Source of the DNA: Felis catus
Lineage: Eukaryota
Assembly (NCBI RefSeq): GCF_018350175.1
Contig: NC_058368.1
Coordinates: 81,470,001 to 81,534,000, forward strand
DNA length: 64,000 nt
Direction: 5' to 3'
Shown here: positions 13,481-27,088 of the stretch, piece after piece
How the letters are laid out: the number at the start of each line of letters is the position of its first letter
Position numbering within the stretch: position 1 is the stretch's first letter
Notes under the pieces: model-generated
Seen by the model: only the letters and a program-made list of their open reading frames with translations
Database searches by the model: none
What the model was told of the DNA's origin: nothing
Program-made: the position numbers and the translations under genes

Positions 13481-16400
13481 CGAAGCTGACGGGACACAGG
13501 GCTTTCCCCAGCCTCGCGGAGACCCCGTGGCAGCCCCAGGGCAAGGTGAGTTGTGGGGTCTCTCACCTGCTTCCACAGCCCAGCCACACCGCCTCCTGGC
13601 AGCCCCCCAGGCAGGCTCACCCGGGCGCCAGCCCCACTTCCCTCGTCTGTATGAGGGCAGGGGAGGTGCACAGGGCTCAGCCCAGAAAATGTCAGGGGCC
13701 GTGAGCCACAAATGGAGTCACTGTTATTATCATCCCTTCCCAACCTCACCTCACTGCCCCCCCGCCCCCAAATGTCCCCGCAGGCCCTGCCCAGCTGTCC
13801 CACCCACAACACTGCTGAGGGCCTGACACCCCGGCCGGGCACTGCCCCCGGGGCCCCGCTGCAGACCCCGCGCTTCAGCAACGGCGTGTGCATTTGACAC
13901 ACGCTCCAGCCGGCTGGGGAGAAATTACATCTCCTTTCTGCGTGTGTGGTAACCTTGTATCAAGGCCAGGAAGAAATCATTTTCTTGAAAAGTTTATAAA
14001 CGGAACTAGAGACAAATTGGTAACGTTGCATGTGTCTTTTCCAGGAGACATAAGGACACGTAAGCCCTTGAACCTTAGTGTGTCAAGGGCACCACACAGC
14101 CATGGTCGGTGCGGCTGCAGAATGGCTTTGAAGGCTCCATTACGTTCTCCAGTGTCTAGGATCCCTGCTTCGATTCCGAGCTCTGCGAGTGATAAAAGGT
14201 TTGTCCTCTGACAGCCTCACAACGTTAACAGTAGCTGCACTTTGTGCCATAATGGGGACCATCTACTCGAAATCAAGAGCGTTTTTCCCTGTGCGTTGAC
14301 ATGTGGTTTCAGACTCCAGGTTTCTGCATGCTAATGTCTAGACATTGCACAAACACAGTATAAACCCAAATTATATACCTCTGCACACAACATCCCAGCA
14401 AGCGCAATTTGTGTGATACCTAACAGGTACGGAGAAAATTTCCAGAAAAGGTGACATTCTTTGTTCCTGCTCCCAAGGAGCTGCTCTGATATCAGAAGAA
14501 GGAGGGAAACCTAACGTCGGGATCCATAAGCCCCATAAAGCTGAGAGCACAGGCAATTTAGTGTCTCAACACGGGCACATCCGTGGGCTGGGGTGGGAGT
14601 GCCACGTGGTCGGAACAGAAGTTCACCAGGCCGTGGGACGGAGTGCGTGTCTGCTTGCTCTGTGCAGGGGACTGGCCGGTTCTGAGAAGAGCCCGCACGT
14701 TGGACACCTTCCAGTGGATAAAGGGCTGGACCGGGTAGGGGCGAAGGAGCCCAGGGCCCCAGGCCTGACTTTGCTCCCCACTCCTGTGGAGCCCACACAA
14801 GCCGAGGGCTGGCCTGGACGCCCCTCCCAGGGACAGCCCCCGGAACATTGCTGTTCTGACTTTACCGGCAGCCCGAAATCAATTCGGTGGGCCGCAGGCA
14901 GAATTTTGGAAAAATTACACTTTGAAAATAATGACAAATGATGTTTAAATGCAATAAAATAGACCAGAGACACCAACCTGGGTGTGGATCACGGGCAGGT
15001 GCCCGTGTACAAGATGCTGCTTTGTGCCCTGGGTGTGCACACACGCTGAAAGGCCTTACGCGGGATGCTGGACTCCGGCTTCTGGAGAAGTTAAGGATTT
15101 CTTCACTGCTCCCTGCAAGCCAGACAAGGTGACCGGTGCGCGTGCGGGGCTCCGACAAACCCACGGAGTGACCGCTGCCGGGCTGACGGCACAGCCTCGG
15201 GAACCCTGTCCGCTGCAGACAATTGTGGAGGGAACAGAGCTAACACTGGCCCGAGCCACCATTCCGACGTGGCCCCTCTGGCCAGCACAGCATGGACCCT
15301 GGCCAGGACGCAGACCCCAGCTTTTTCTTTTCCTGGCTCCAAGGATCATGAAGGACCCACATACATTTCTCTACATTCATAGGTCAGCATAGTGAGTGCT
15401 GCAGAAAGGCACGTCTGGGGATGGGCCCGACACGGGCAATCTGATGAGGCTCCGTCACCCAACCCTGGAAAAGCTGCCCCCGGGCTGACCTCATGGCCCT
15501 ACAAGTTTCAGATGTCTGAAGGTGCAGGCCAAAGTCCCAGGGCCTCTGGATTAGCAGGCTGGACCATCCCAAATGGCTATCCGGGGCACATACAGTTCTC
15601 ACACCCACCTGTCCCTGCCCACCCACCGGGACAGTCCTACCTGCCTCTCGAAGCCCAAGAGGAAGGAAGGCCACCTGGAAAATTAGCTCTATTTTCTGTG
15701 TTCTGGGCAGAGGAAACAAAAACTTTCCAAGCCAGGACTTCTGTGGCAAACTCTCTGGTTTTTGTGAATCTCCGAATCCCCTGGACCGGAGTGGGGTTCC
15801 AGCTCCCCCAGCCTGTGACCTTCTGCCCAACAGCACACGAGGAAGCATGCACCTGTTTCAAGGTCCACACTTTGTCCTTGGCTGGCTCTTGGAACAGTCC
15901 AGTGATGGCTCGTCTACACAGCAGAGACACTCTCTCTGAAGACATCACACAGGCCAGGACGCCAGCACACACCTGTGACTGACTGAAAATCAGAAAGCGC
16001 TTGGCGATGCCCTTACTGGAGTCTTCTGAGACAGTACATGAGCCTCTGTGTCTTAGGATCTTCCTAGAGACGTGTTCAAACCTCCGTCCCAGAGACAGTG
16101 CCCTTTTCTTTCTCGTAAATGTGGGAAGATCCCTTGGCAGAATCCAAGGAACAAACACAATAATTTCCCTGATCCTCCCCTGATCTCCCAATTACATACG
16201 TTGTTTTATTTTGATGGGAAGTAATAAGATAGAGGGAGTTAGCTCACTTATTAAAGGTCTTAAATCGCTTTTGAAGTCTAGGATTTTCAAGAGGAAGATT
16301 TGGGGCTCTTTCAGGTGAGAGGTTCAGAAAATATGAAAGGAACATCTCCTTATTTCTTTGGTTGAAAATTAAGTTTCTTTTCACCAACTTCAGAATCCCG

Positions 16401-16666
16401 GAATACCTCCAAGTAGAGTCACCTGAACCCCAAGAGCGGAGTGGCGAGGGAGAGTGGGAAACTGAAGGCAATTATGCATGTGTGCCAAGTTGGGTCCCTA
16501 GGGGCGCTGTTTGCTCTCAACGCCGTCCTGGGTCAGCTAGACAGAAGGTGCAGGCCCTGGGAGGGACTTGCGGGGGTTACCTGTACGTGGAAGTACATCT
16601 GTTTAACTTAAGCAGGGTTAAACACCTTCTCTCCCGAGAAGATATCCCCCCAAAGAGGCCAATCCA

Positions 16667-16866
16667 GGGGCACCTGGGTGGCTCCGTCGGTTGAGCCTCT
16701 GACTTCGGCTCAGGTCACGATTTCACAGTTAACGGGTTCGAGCTGGCGTTGGGCTCTGTGCTGACGGCTCGGAGCCTGGAGCCTGCTTCAGATTCTGTGT
16801 CTCTCTCTCTGCCCCTCTGCCCACTCTGAAAAATAAATAAACCATTAGAAAATTTTTAACAATAAT
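16667..16866 (+). mobile_element. CAN-SINE (SINEC_Fc)
   Basis: ggggcacctgggtggctccgtcggtt head with A-rich tail; aaagag-starting flanks. Confidence 0.93.
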
Positions 16867-17359
16867 AAAGAGCTCAACATAAAATCTAGAGAAATGCGAC
16901 ACTGGGCAAAGAGTGTCACATGAGTCGAGTCTAACTATCAGTGACGAGGTCACAGAGCTCTCTGCAGGGGGCAAGCACATTCTGAGCATACCCAGGACAT
17001 TTGCTCCGGGTTTGAACGGTGGGAGCTGCGGGCAAAACCCACCTCTGTTTTTCCATCTCGACCAGAAGTGGAATCCAACAACTTCTTATAAATTGAATTT
17101 TCTAAATGTCACTGGTAGACAGAATGCAATTTGGTTTTTAATATTGATATATATTACCAAATATTTACAGGTGTCATGGATTCTAAAAAATGTTCTGAGT
17201 ATTGGTGGGGGGTGATGTATATCTAAAATGTCATCAAAATGACAGTTCTGGTCATTATTGGAGAAATGACCTTATACCTTTTTATTACTTATTATTACTT
17301 ATTTTTTTACTTATTCTTTTTATTACTTTTTCTTTTTTATTACTTATACCTTTTTTTTA

Positions 17360-18030
17360 CTTATACCTTTTACATTTTTCTTACCCTTTATGCTGATTCA
17401 ATGTTGACTAAAAATAATAATGGCCTGCATTCTAGACTAAGTCTTGATTCTACAAGAAAATGTTTTAATTTTTATTTATTTTTAAGAGAGAGAGAGAGAC
17501 AGAGTATGAGCGGGGGAGGGGCAGAGAGAGAGGGAGACACAGAATCCGAAGCAGGCTCCAGGCTCCGAGCTGTCAGCACAGAGCCCGATGCAGGGCTCGA
17601 ACCCACAAACCCAGAGATCATGACCTGAGCCGAAGTCGGATGCTTGACCGGCTGAGCCACCCGGGTGCCCCTACAAGAAAAATGTTTTAATGTCTTACTA
17701 TTGACAGTGAGATGTGCTAAAGCTTGGGATATTTTTTTTTTCTTTTTGTTATTGTTTTACTGAGATTTATCAACTTAAGGACACTGTCTTCCATTCCTAT
17801 TTTAACACCATCTTCGGGAAGATACATATTGGGTCTTGTCAAAGGCTTCTCCGAGGGTTTTGAGAACACCGCACGTATGTTTTCTCCAAGGATGTCTCCT
17901 GCCAGCTGTGTTGGCTTTGCTCGCTCCGGTGTGGGACTGGGGTGCTGGTGCACCTGTGCAAGTTGGCTCTCACAGTCACAGGGGATTCTGGGTTTTCATA
18001 GGCACCGAAGTGTCTGCCGACTCTATTAAC
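17360..18030 (-). mobile_element. Highly decayed L1 ORF2 fragment interrupted by a SINE
   Basis: tcttccattcctatttt and cttgtcaaaggcttctcc resemble the antisense L1 RT region. Confidence 0.45.
17470..17671 (-). mobile_element. CAN-SINE (SINEC_Fc) with target-site duplication
   Basis: Full antisense SINE; tacaagaaaa(a)tgttttaat on both flanks. Confidence 0.96.
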
Positions 18031-18879
18031 ATTTTCAAAGTCCACATCACTCCCAAACTTGCTGTTTTCCTTTTCCTCGTCACACAAATGCCACTGGATC
18101 TTTCGCTTCTCGGCCACACGTGGACATTATTCACTCACTGAAGGGACAGGGGGCGAGAGTGAAAAGGAAGAGGGGGAGGTCGGCACTGGGGGCCAGTGGA
18201 GGAAGGAGACGGCCGCCGAGCACCCGCGGGAGCAAGACAAGGATGGTGGCCCGACCCTCCGTGGGGACAGGCGGAGGGCCGGGGGTGTGTCCGGGACGCC
18301 TCAGAGGGACACCGGCCGCACGCGCCTGGGCTGCCTCCCCTGGGCACCAGGAACTTGTGTGCAGTAAGTCAAGTGAGGCTCAGATTCCTCCAGCTGTCCG
18401 TGAAGAACCCAGGCCCCGTGTGATGAAAGACACACACCGTCGTCACGTGGGCGCGGGCTCGGGGCGCCAACAAGTGTAAATGCGGACTCGAGGCTGTGAC
18501 GGCGGCAGGTTCTCGGGGTCTCTCGCGGGGCGTCCGGGGAGTCCTCGGTGCTCTGGCCTGGTCCAGATTCCTTATCTGCTCTGTGCAGGCCCTGCCGATG
18601 CTCCCGTCTCCACGCTAATCTCGTCTTAAGCTGTTCTGTGCGGGACATTGCCTCCCCGTGGCAGGGACCTCGCTGCTATCTGCATAAAATTCTTGGCCTC
18701 CCTCCCCAATTACCCCGAGTGCACACGAGGCAGCACATCTCTATCGATTACTAAAGAGGCTTTTCTCCCGCCGTCAGCTCCGCGGAGCACGACCGCTGGT
18801 GCTGGACCAGGCGGCCCCACGGCTTCCTCCTTTCCCGGGTCCTCCCTGTTTCCTGGTCAGAGGTGGATGCGTGTTGACG

Positions 18880-19025
18880 ATAGTAATCATAATCGTAAGT
18901 GAACATTTATCTAATCTCATTATGTGCTGGAGCCTGTGCTGGGAACCGGATATCCATAATCACTCATTGCCACAGCCTCCAGAGACCTGGTTTTACAGAT
19001 GAGGACACTAAGCCCTGGAGCTGGC
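18880..19025 (-). mobile_element. MIR fragment
   Basis: aacatttat...gtgctggagcctgtgct...ttttacagatgaggacactaagcc. Confidence 0.65.
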
Positions 19026-20920
19026 CGAGGACACGGTTCGCTTGAACAAAGCACCTGGCGCAGCTCCTCGCGCCCAGATCGCACGATCCTCGGTGCCGGT
19101 CCACACCCGCTGAAAGTGGCAGAGGGCGACCGCGTGGCCGCAGGACTGGCTGGTGCCTCCGGGGAGGGTCACACGGGGACAAGGGCGAGACCCGGCCACA
19201 GGCGCCTGACGCTACCCCGCTGGGGGTTCACTTCTGGGTGCCCTGGAGAGCAGCTTGCTGGGGTGGGGCCCACATTCTCCTGACAGCCAAGCCCAGGTGG
19301 GCGGACCGTGGGCGGGGGCGCAGGGAGGTGCCGTCGTGACACAGAGGACGACCCGGAGGCTGGCCCTGCGGAGAAGGCTGGAACTGGGGGACGGGGCCCA
19401 GGGTCCCTCGGTGTCTCGGGAGAGGTCTCCAGGGAAGCGGCTTCCTTCAACCTCAGGGCTGCCCCGGGAGGCCCAGCCCAGAGCTGCCTGCCAGGAGGGG
19501 CAGGCGGTACCCATCCATGCGCCACAGGGGCTGAAGGTGGACACCGTTGGACTGGAGGAAAGGAAATGCTGAGCCACGTGCCCCCAGGATTTGTACCTGT
19601 GGTGGTCCGAACTTGGTACGTTTTTGGGAGAGTTTTAGTAGCAAGCGGTGAAAACGCACCCTTTATTCACGATGGCGAGAGTCAAAAGAAGAAACATTTG
19701 CCTCACAAGTGGGTCCACCAAGCGGTCTGTGCAGACTGACAGGCAGACCGTCCTCTGTGCCATCTACACTAGCAACTCCCCTGGGCCCTTCCCAGGGCCA
19801 GCGCCTGCCGGTCCGCAGCAAGCCTGCCCGTGGGGTCCAGGCAGGGTTAGCAGGTCTCCTAGTTGTGAGATTTTTCCGGCTGGAGCGCACACACGCTGTC
19901 ACGTCCACCCGCACCTCCTGCGTCTAACGGCCACTCCCCCACTCCCCAGGACAGTGGCTTTCCTCCAGGCAGGGCAGACATGGCCCCATACGGGAACCTC
20001 TTCTTCCTTCCAGAGCCCATTCTAAACCAGCCCAACTGCCCGCCTGCTCCCCGCTTCCTACCATACTGCTGCTGGTGTCAAGGTGACGGTCACGTCACCT
20101 GGCAGGCCACAGAAAAGGCAAAGGCCTGGGCTCACGGTGGGCACTGAGGAGGACCCCTCCGGGGCTCCCAATCGAAGGGCCAAGAAGGGAAGAAATGGCC
20201 CCCTCAGGACATGGGCACAGAGGGTTGGCTGTGCTCAGGCAAGCCGTCTGTATCCACCTGCCTTTGAAACGCCCAGAAAGGCGGGTCGAAGGCCAGAGGC
20301 TACCGTCCTTACCCTGCCTGCCCTCCTGCCAGGACCAGGGAATGAGCACACCGCCTCTGTCCGTATGGTCATGAATTTGGAGCGTCTTCTGGCTTCGCTT
20401 CACGTGGGGGCAAAACTTGAGCCAGTTTTTCTAAATTTTCCTCACATTTGATTTCTAAACAGCAACAACAGAAAAACCCCTGTATGTGTGCCCTTGTGCA
20501 GTTCTTGGCTCTTGAACCATCCATTTAATGAGCGTCTACTGAGCCCCTGCTGTGTGCAAGCCGTGAAGAACGTACTAGTAAGGGAAATGGAGTGGACTGA
20601 ACAGGATCCTTCCAGCCATACCTCCGCTGATCGCCGGGAGTCTGCCGCGAGCTGAGCACTGGGACCCACCCACAAACACAAGTGGGTCGTTGGAGCAGGC
20701 CCACAGGACACACTCTTGGCCACAACGCTCACCTCAACCACTGCACAGACAGAGGGAGGAGGTCATCCCAGGACCTACTGTGGCTGCCTTGTGACTCAGT
20801 GGGGGAGGGGCGGTGCTTATCTTTTCCTGCCCAGCCCCCTGATGGAATCCTTACATCAGCTCATTTGTGTCAATAACCAAAGAACATAAGTTAAAAGTTG
20901 ACTTAGAAAGAAGGGTCAAA

Positions 20921-21150
20921 GGGCACCTGGGTGGCTCAGTCGGTTAAGCATCCGACTTCAGCTCAGGTCACTATCTCGCGGTCCGTGAGTTTGAGCCCCA
21001 CGTCGGGCTCTGGGCTGATGGCTCAGAGCCTGGAGCCTGCTTCCAATTCTGTGTCTCCCTCTTTCTCTGCCCCTCCCCCGTTCATGCTCTGTCTCTCTCT
21101 GTCTCAAAAATAAATAAACGTTAAAAAAAAAATTCTAAAAAAATAAAAAA
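20921..21150 (+). mobile_element. CAN-SINE (SINEC_Fc) with perfect 15-bp TSD
   Basis: agaaagaagggtcaa at 20905-20919 and 21151-21165. Confidence 0.97.
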
Positions 21151-21189
21151 AGAAAGAAGGGTCAAGCAAAAGGATTTGGATTTTCGAGT

Positions 21190-21535
21190 GGTATCTGTAG
21201 TCAGAAACAAGCTATCTCAAACTTACTGGCTTAAACAATGTTTGGTTTTTGTTGTTGTTGTTGTTGTTGTTGTTGTTTTGTCACATAGTTTCTGAGGGTC
21301 GGGAGTTCTGGTTTAACATCCCTCCAGAGGATTTCAGTCAGCGTGCCAGCCGGGGCTGCGTCACACGAAGGCTGGACCAGGGTGGGGGCAACCTCTGCTC
21401 CCTGCACGTGGCCCTTGCTTCACGGGGCAGCGTGAGTAGCCTCCAGACGAGGTGGACGTCACAATGTGACCTAGCTTCAGAAACATCACAGCATCGTTCG
21501 TGCAGTGTCCTACCGGTTACACAGGCCAGCCCCAC
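21190..21535 (-). mobile_element. MLT1-type LTR containing a (TTG)n microsatellite
   Basis: caaacttactggcttaaacaa...tcacatagtttctgagggtcgggagtt...gacctagcttcagaaacatcacagcatc; (TTG)n at about 21249-21277. Confidence 0.65.
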
Positions 21536-21544
21536 CCTTTCCAG

Positions 21545-22080
21545 TAGACTTCGTTTTTAGACAGTTTTAAGTTCACAGCAACATGGAGGGAAGGTACAGG
21601 GATTTCCCACCCGCCCCGCCCCCCGCATCCACATCCCCAGTGGGGTGGGACATCCGTCACAACTGATCGCCCAGAGTCCAACGTGTGCATCAGGGCTCAC
21701 GCCTGGTGTCGCGCACTCTGTGGGTTGGACAAACGTGTAATGACGTGTGTCCCCCATGACAGCATCCCGCCACGTGGTCTCACCGCCCTGGAAACCCTCT
21801 CTGCTCTGCTGTTCATCCCCCCACCCCCTGGCAACCACTGATCTTTTATTGTTTCCACAGTTTTGCCTTTTCCGGAATGTCATGTAGCTGGCATCACTGG
21901 GTGCAGCCTTTTCAGATTGGCCTCTCTCACTTAGCCATATGCGTTCAAGGTTCCTCCGCGTCTTTACGGGGCTCGACGGCCCCTGCGTTTTTAGTGCCGA
22001 ATGACGCCCCATTGTCAGGGGGACCACAGCCTATCATCCATCACCCACGAAGGGCAGCGTGGCTGCTCCCAAGTGTTCAG
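21545..22080 (-). mobile_element. L1MC/L1MB-type 3' UTR
   Basis: ttagacagttttaagttcacagcaa...cctggcaaccactgatctttt...ttttgccttttccggaatgtcat. Confidence 0.85.
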
Positions 22081-22399
22081 GCCAGCCCTTGGCTGTGCTG
22101 AAGAGGAATGCACGGAGCTTCTAGGAGACAGAATTACTGGGGCCACCGTGGAAAGTGGCCATCATAACCTGCCCTGTGTCCCTGGACGCACATGCCTTCC
22201 ACACAGAAAACACCCAGCTCTTTCCAAGACCCTTTGCAATTTCAGCACAAAGTCCAGAATCCTGTCACCTAAACTAGGTCCAGGCATGGCCACTGGTCCC
22301 CAGGAGAGTCCTGAAGTACAACTTCCTGAGCACAGCTACCCTTGATCTGAAGACAAGACTTACAAATAGGACGACACGAACTGCACAGTAGAGCACCAC

Positions 22400-22966
22400 T
22401 GCCCGGCTTCTCCAACTAATTTCTGGACGAGACAGAACGTATGGGTCCCTGGTTTTGTTTTGCGTACACTTGTCTAGCTGTTCGAACCCACTGTGTGAAA
22501 AGACTATCCTTCCCCCGCTGAACTGCCCTTGCACCTTTGTCAAAAACCAGGGTAGATTAACTGACCTGTCAGTCTTTCACTGAACCACACCGTCCCCATC
22601 ACGGAGGCTTTCTAGCAAATCTCGAAACCAGGCTGTGCGAGCTTGCAGCTTTGCTCTTTCCTTTACCTCTCCGTATAAATCTTAGAACCAGTTTGGCAAT
22701 ATTTGCATCTATCCATCTATCTCTCTGTCCTCTATCATCCATTAATCATTTATCGGTCTATCATCTATCGATCTATCTATCTCCATTTGGGCAAAACTGG
22801 CATTTTGACAATACTGAGCCATCCGATCCAGGAACACAATATAGCTCCCTGTTCATTAAGTCATCTTTGATTTCATTCATTAGCATTTCGTAGTTTTAAA
22901 CATATGTGTCCTGCACCTTCTTTGGCCGTACGTATACCTAAACACTTTTCTTTTTGGGGTGCCATC
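22400..22966 (-). mobile_element. Old L1 ORF2 fragments with an internal (TCTA)n-like tract
   Basis: gaaaagactatccttcccc, gcacctttgtcaaaaa, ttgacaatactgagcc, tctttgatttcattcattagc. Confidence 0.75.
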
Positions 22967-22981
22967 GAAATAGCTGTTTTT

Positions 22982-23462
22982 CTTTTTCTTTTCTTAAATA
23001 TAATTTATTGTCAATTTGGCTAACATACAGTGTGCACAGTGTCTCTTGGTTTGGGGGGTAGATTCTCGTGATTCGTTGCTTACATACAACACCCAGTGCT
23101 CATCCCAACAAATGCCCTCCTCCCTCCCCGTCACCCATTTTCCCCTCACCCCACCCCCTCATCAACCCTTAGTTCATTTAAGAGTGTATTTAAGAGTGTC
23201 TTATGGTTTGCTTCCCTCCCTCTCTGTTTGTATCTGTTTCTCCTTCCCTTCCCCCATGGTCTTCTGTTAAATTTCTCCAACTCAACACCCAAAAAACAAA
23301 TAATCCAGTGAAGAAATGGGCAGAAGACACGAATAGACACTTTTCCAAAGAAGACATCCAGATGGCCAACAGGCACATGAAAAGATGCTCAACATCACTC
23401 CTCATCAAGGAAATACAAATCAAAACCACACGAGACACCACCTCACACTGGTCAGAGTGGCT
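22982..23462 (-). mobile_element. Carnivore L1, 5'-truncated with 5' inversion
   Basis: Antisense 3' UTR and tail at 22982-~23276, then sense ORF2 C-terminus ([34 protein letters not shown]) to 23462; flanking duplication. Confidence 0.92.
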
Positions 23463-23789
23463 GAAATAGTTCTTTTTCAGCCTGAGAAGCCGGTTCCCCA
23501 TGCACCCTCCAGTTTGCAGGGACCTGTTTCACACACGTGTTGCCAGAAATACAAAGATTTTGCTGCTTCGCCCGAACGCTGTTTCACACTTGGACACCCT
23601 CATGGCACAGCTGGGGGGGCGAAGAAGGAAGAAGGAGGTGCGCCCTGGCACGGCAGAGTTGTCTTTCTAGAATTTTGTCCAGAGTTTCTATCTGTCATCA
23701 GGGGAGAGGTCATTAAAGGGGCGTACTCCGTCTGGGCCAGCAAAGGGGTCGCATGACAAGATGGCTGGTTACAAGTTTGAATGTTTGAT

Positions 23790-25460
23790 TGACATGGGGA
23801 TTTTTAAGTACTCTGATTTTCTTGGGTCACTTTTGGTGATTTGTGTCCATGAAAAATACGGTCCATTTCATCTAGTCGTCGAGTTTTCTTGGCATAGAAT
23901 TGTTCATAATATTTATCTATTACCTTTTCATTAGCTGATCTATAGAGATTTCTTTCTTTTGTTCTTGGGATTGGTAATTTGAGTCTCTCTTTTTTAAAAA
24001 TCATCATTACTGGGGTGCCTGGGTGGCTCAGTCTGTTAAGTGTCCGACTCTTGATTTTGGCTCATGATCTCATGGTTCGTGAGTTCGAGCCCCACATTGG
24101 GCTCTAAGTTGACAACACAGAGCCTGCTTAGGATTCTCTCCCTCCCTCCCTCTCTCTGCCCCTCCCTCTCTCGATCACACACAGGTACTCTCTCTCTCTC
24201 TCTCTCAAAAATAAATAAAATAAACTTTAAAAAATATTATTACTAACTAGCCTAACTAAAGGCTCATACTTTCATTTTTTCCCCCAAAGAACTAGTTTAT
24301 GGCTTCAATTTTTTCTACTGTTTGTTTTCCATTTCACTGATTTCCACTCCTTTTTAAATCATTTTCCTTCTATTCACTTTTAGTTGAGTTTGTTTGTTTG
24401 TTTTTACTTAATGCCTCAAGTTGTTAGCTCAGATCACTGGATGTAGGTAATTCTTCTCTAATATATGAATTTAATTTTATAAATTTCCTTCAATGTCCTG
24501 TTACAGCTGCATCCCATAAACACTGCTATGTTGTATTTTCACTACAATTCAGTTAGAAATATTACCCAATTTCCTTCGTGCTTTAAACTATGGTTTTTTT
24601 AGTAGTGTGTTGTGTAATTTCCAAATACTTGAATACCTTCATCATATTTCTGAGGTAGATTTCTAACTTAATTTTATTGTGATTTTTTTTCAGGCCACAT
24701 TCAGACATTTGATCTGACTTACAAGAACTTAAATTAAATACAACCTCTGCAGGATTTGAATCGTAAATCTGCTGTGGCTTGATTTAGGCTCCAGCATACG
24801 GTATATGCTCTTGAAAATAATTGGCGTTCCTCCGCGGACAGGCGTGGTGTTCAGGAAGTGTCGGCAAACTCAAGAAGGTTGTCGTGTTGTTTAGACCTTT
24901 TTGTTGTCGACTTCTGTCAGTTCTTCCATAAATTGCTGATGCGGGGGTTTTAAATCGCCAACTATGACCGTGGGATTTCCCATTTCCCCCATTAATTCTG
25001 TCTATTTTTCTTTCATGTATTTTGAAGCTTCGTTATTACAGAAGACACACATCGATTGTTATGTCTTCCTCCTTAAGTGACCCTTTTTTATTGTAACTTT
25101 TCCTTCTTTATCTCTGGTAATGCCTTTTAACTTGAAATCCGTCTTTCTGACGCCACGGCAGCCACTTGAGCTTTTACGCTTCGTGCCTGCACACTGACTC
25201 CTGTTTTGCCTACTTCCAACCAGTCTCCCTGTGGCTTTGCATTTAAGGTCAGATTTCCGGGACAGCTTATCGTTGGATCCCGTGTTCGCATCTGTCTGAG
25301 AACCTCCTCTCTCCACGCAGGGTGTCGGCTACGCTGACACCTGGTGTCATTGTTGACATGGCTGTCTGGGCTCCACCATTTGATTGGTGGTTTCCTAACT
25401 GTCCCTCCTGGATTTTTGTTGTTGTTTCTTTCTCCTTCCACGCCTTCTTTGGACTATTTA
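23790..25460 (-). mobile_element. Old L1 ORF2 N-terminal/endonuclease region, interrupted by a SINE
   Basis: ORFs 23804..24007(-) (KYYEQFYAKK..LDEMD) and 25059..25316(-) (KTDFKLKGITRDKEG) resemble L1 ORF2. Confidence 0.85.
24012..24232 (+). mobile_element. CAN-SINE, older subfamily
   Basis: ggggtgcctgggtggctcagtc...gactcttgattttggctc; flanks aaaaatcatcattact and aaaaatattattact. Confidence 0.93.
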
Positions 25461-25789
25461 AACGGCTCTCATGGGGACTTCAGTGAGGCTTTAAGTCAGC
25501 TGGGTCACCCAGAAAAAAATCAGGTGACCTTGGATAGCTTATCTCCCCAGGTACCTGGAAGGAAGAAAACAAAATTCTCCCTGCAGGATGATATTGAACT
25601 AGGCCTCAGATTATTTCTGCAATACCTACACAGTACACAGGTGCACATACACACATATGTGAAAAGCACATGCTGATCAATATCAGGCAGCAACAGTGGT
25701 AATAATACATAATAGCAACACTAGTACTAACAGGATGAACTAGGTGACTGACATCACTTCTTTCTCACTTTTGTTTTTCAGTGTGGGAC

Positions 25790-25930
25790 GTTGTGAAAAG
25801 AAAATGTTGAAATGCTGAGCCAAAATTTGGATACCTAAATTTGAGTTTAAATTCTGTGATGTAACGGTTGCACAGACTAAGGTAACGTGATACTGTCTGG
25901 CCTCGGTTTCCTCGTCTGTAGAATAAAGCA
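25790..25930 (+). mobile_element. MIR fragment
   Basis: ctgtctggcctcggtttcctcgtctgtagaat. Confidence 0.5.
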
Positions 25931-26599
25931 CTCAAACGACATGATCTATAATCTCTCTCCCACCTCTCACCTTCTGTAGAGGGAAACTGGGCAAATATTT
26001 CTATTCAGAAGGAAAACACAAATTTCCATGAATTTGACGCCTGCTTTAGTCAGGGCCCGTGTGCAGAGAAGAGAATCCACACCCATAAACGTGGGCAGGA
26101 CCGAGGAGAGGTGGCAAAGAAGGACCGCGGTAGCTGTAGGTAGAGTTTGGGACAAAGCACAAAGCCACCCTGGACAAGCGGCTGCCTGGAGGCAATGTCC
26201 CATGACAGCTGACTCAGCAAAGGGGTGCCTCACCTGGCTTCCTCATCCCCGCACCCCTTCCCTGAGGTCCAGAGTCAAGCCTGGGGCCACCAGAGCTGTG
26301 GCAGGGCCCTGAGCAGCAAGAGTGTGCAGAAGGGGAGACGCTTGCTTCCTTGCATCTGATGAGCAGGAAGGCCCCTGAGAAGAGGGGGGGTGGTAGGGGG
26401 GGTCACAGGCCTCCATTCTGCCTGCCTCGAGCGACCGCTTTCTGTGGCTGGGCCTCCAGGTGACACACAGATTCGGGCCCCATCTCCCACGGCTGGGCCT
26501 CTAGGAAGCACACACTCGAGCCCTCTCCAGAATCTGAGCACGGAACGCAGGAGCCTCCCTCACTTCTCGTGCTCGGGACATCCTCAACCAGCCCCCCGG

Positions 26600-27088
26600 G
26601 CAGCAGCCCGGAGGGACCCCCAGGGAAAATCTCCAGGGGGACGAGGCGTCAAGCAAGCATGGGCCATTGGTGGACAGAGCCAACACACAAGTGCCCTCGC
26701 CTCCCGCAGCTCACGGCGGTCAGCTCCGCCCACGTGGCGGAGACAGGGAAAAGATTTGAACCTGTAGAAGATGGGATCCCCGTCAGGCGGCCCCCCCTCT
26801 GCGCTCCACCTCAGGAGTCCTGCCGGCTCTCTGCCGGGGCATCCCCCAGATTGGGTCCCCCAGGGCCCTCCGGCAGGTGTGCGGCCCAGTCAGCCCTGCC
26901 TTGGAGTCGAACCTCGCACGGGGCCGCCCGGGGACACCCCAGGGACGTGGCGTGTGGAGCCCCGGGGGTCCCTGCCCCGAGAACCACGCGGCGTGGGCAG
27001 CCTGGGGGGCGCCCCGCGAGCAGACAGGAAGGCAGCAGACCCCCCCACCCTAGGGAAGGCTGGGGGAGGGGAGCCGCCGCGAGGGACT
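26600..27088. other. CpG-island-like GC-rich segment
   Basis: Very high G+C with many CpGs, ending abruptly at an AT-rich block. Confidence 0.5.

Noticed and set aside
12472..13704. 410-aa ORF
   Set aside because: GC-rich stop-poor DNA running through a CA repeat; no recognisable domain
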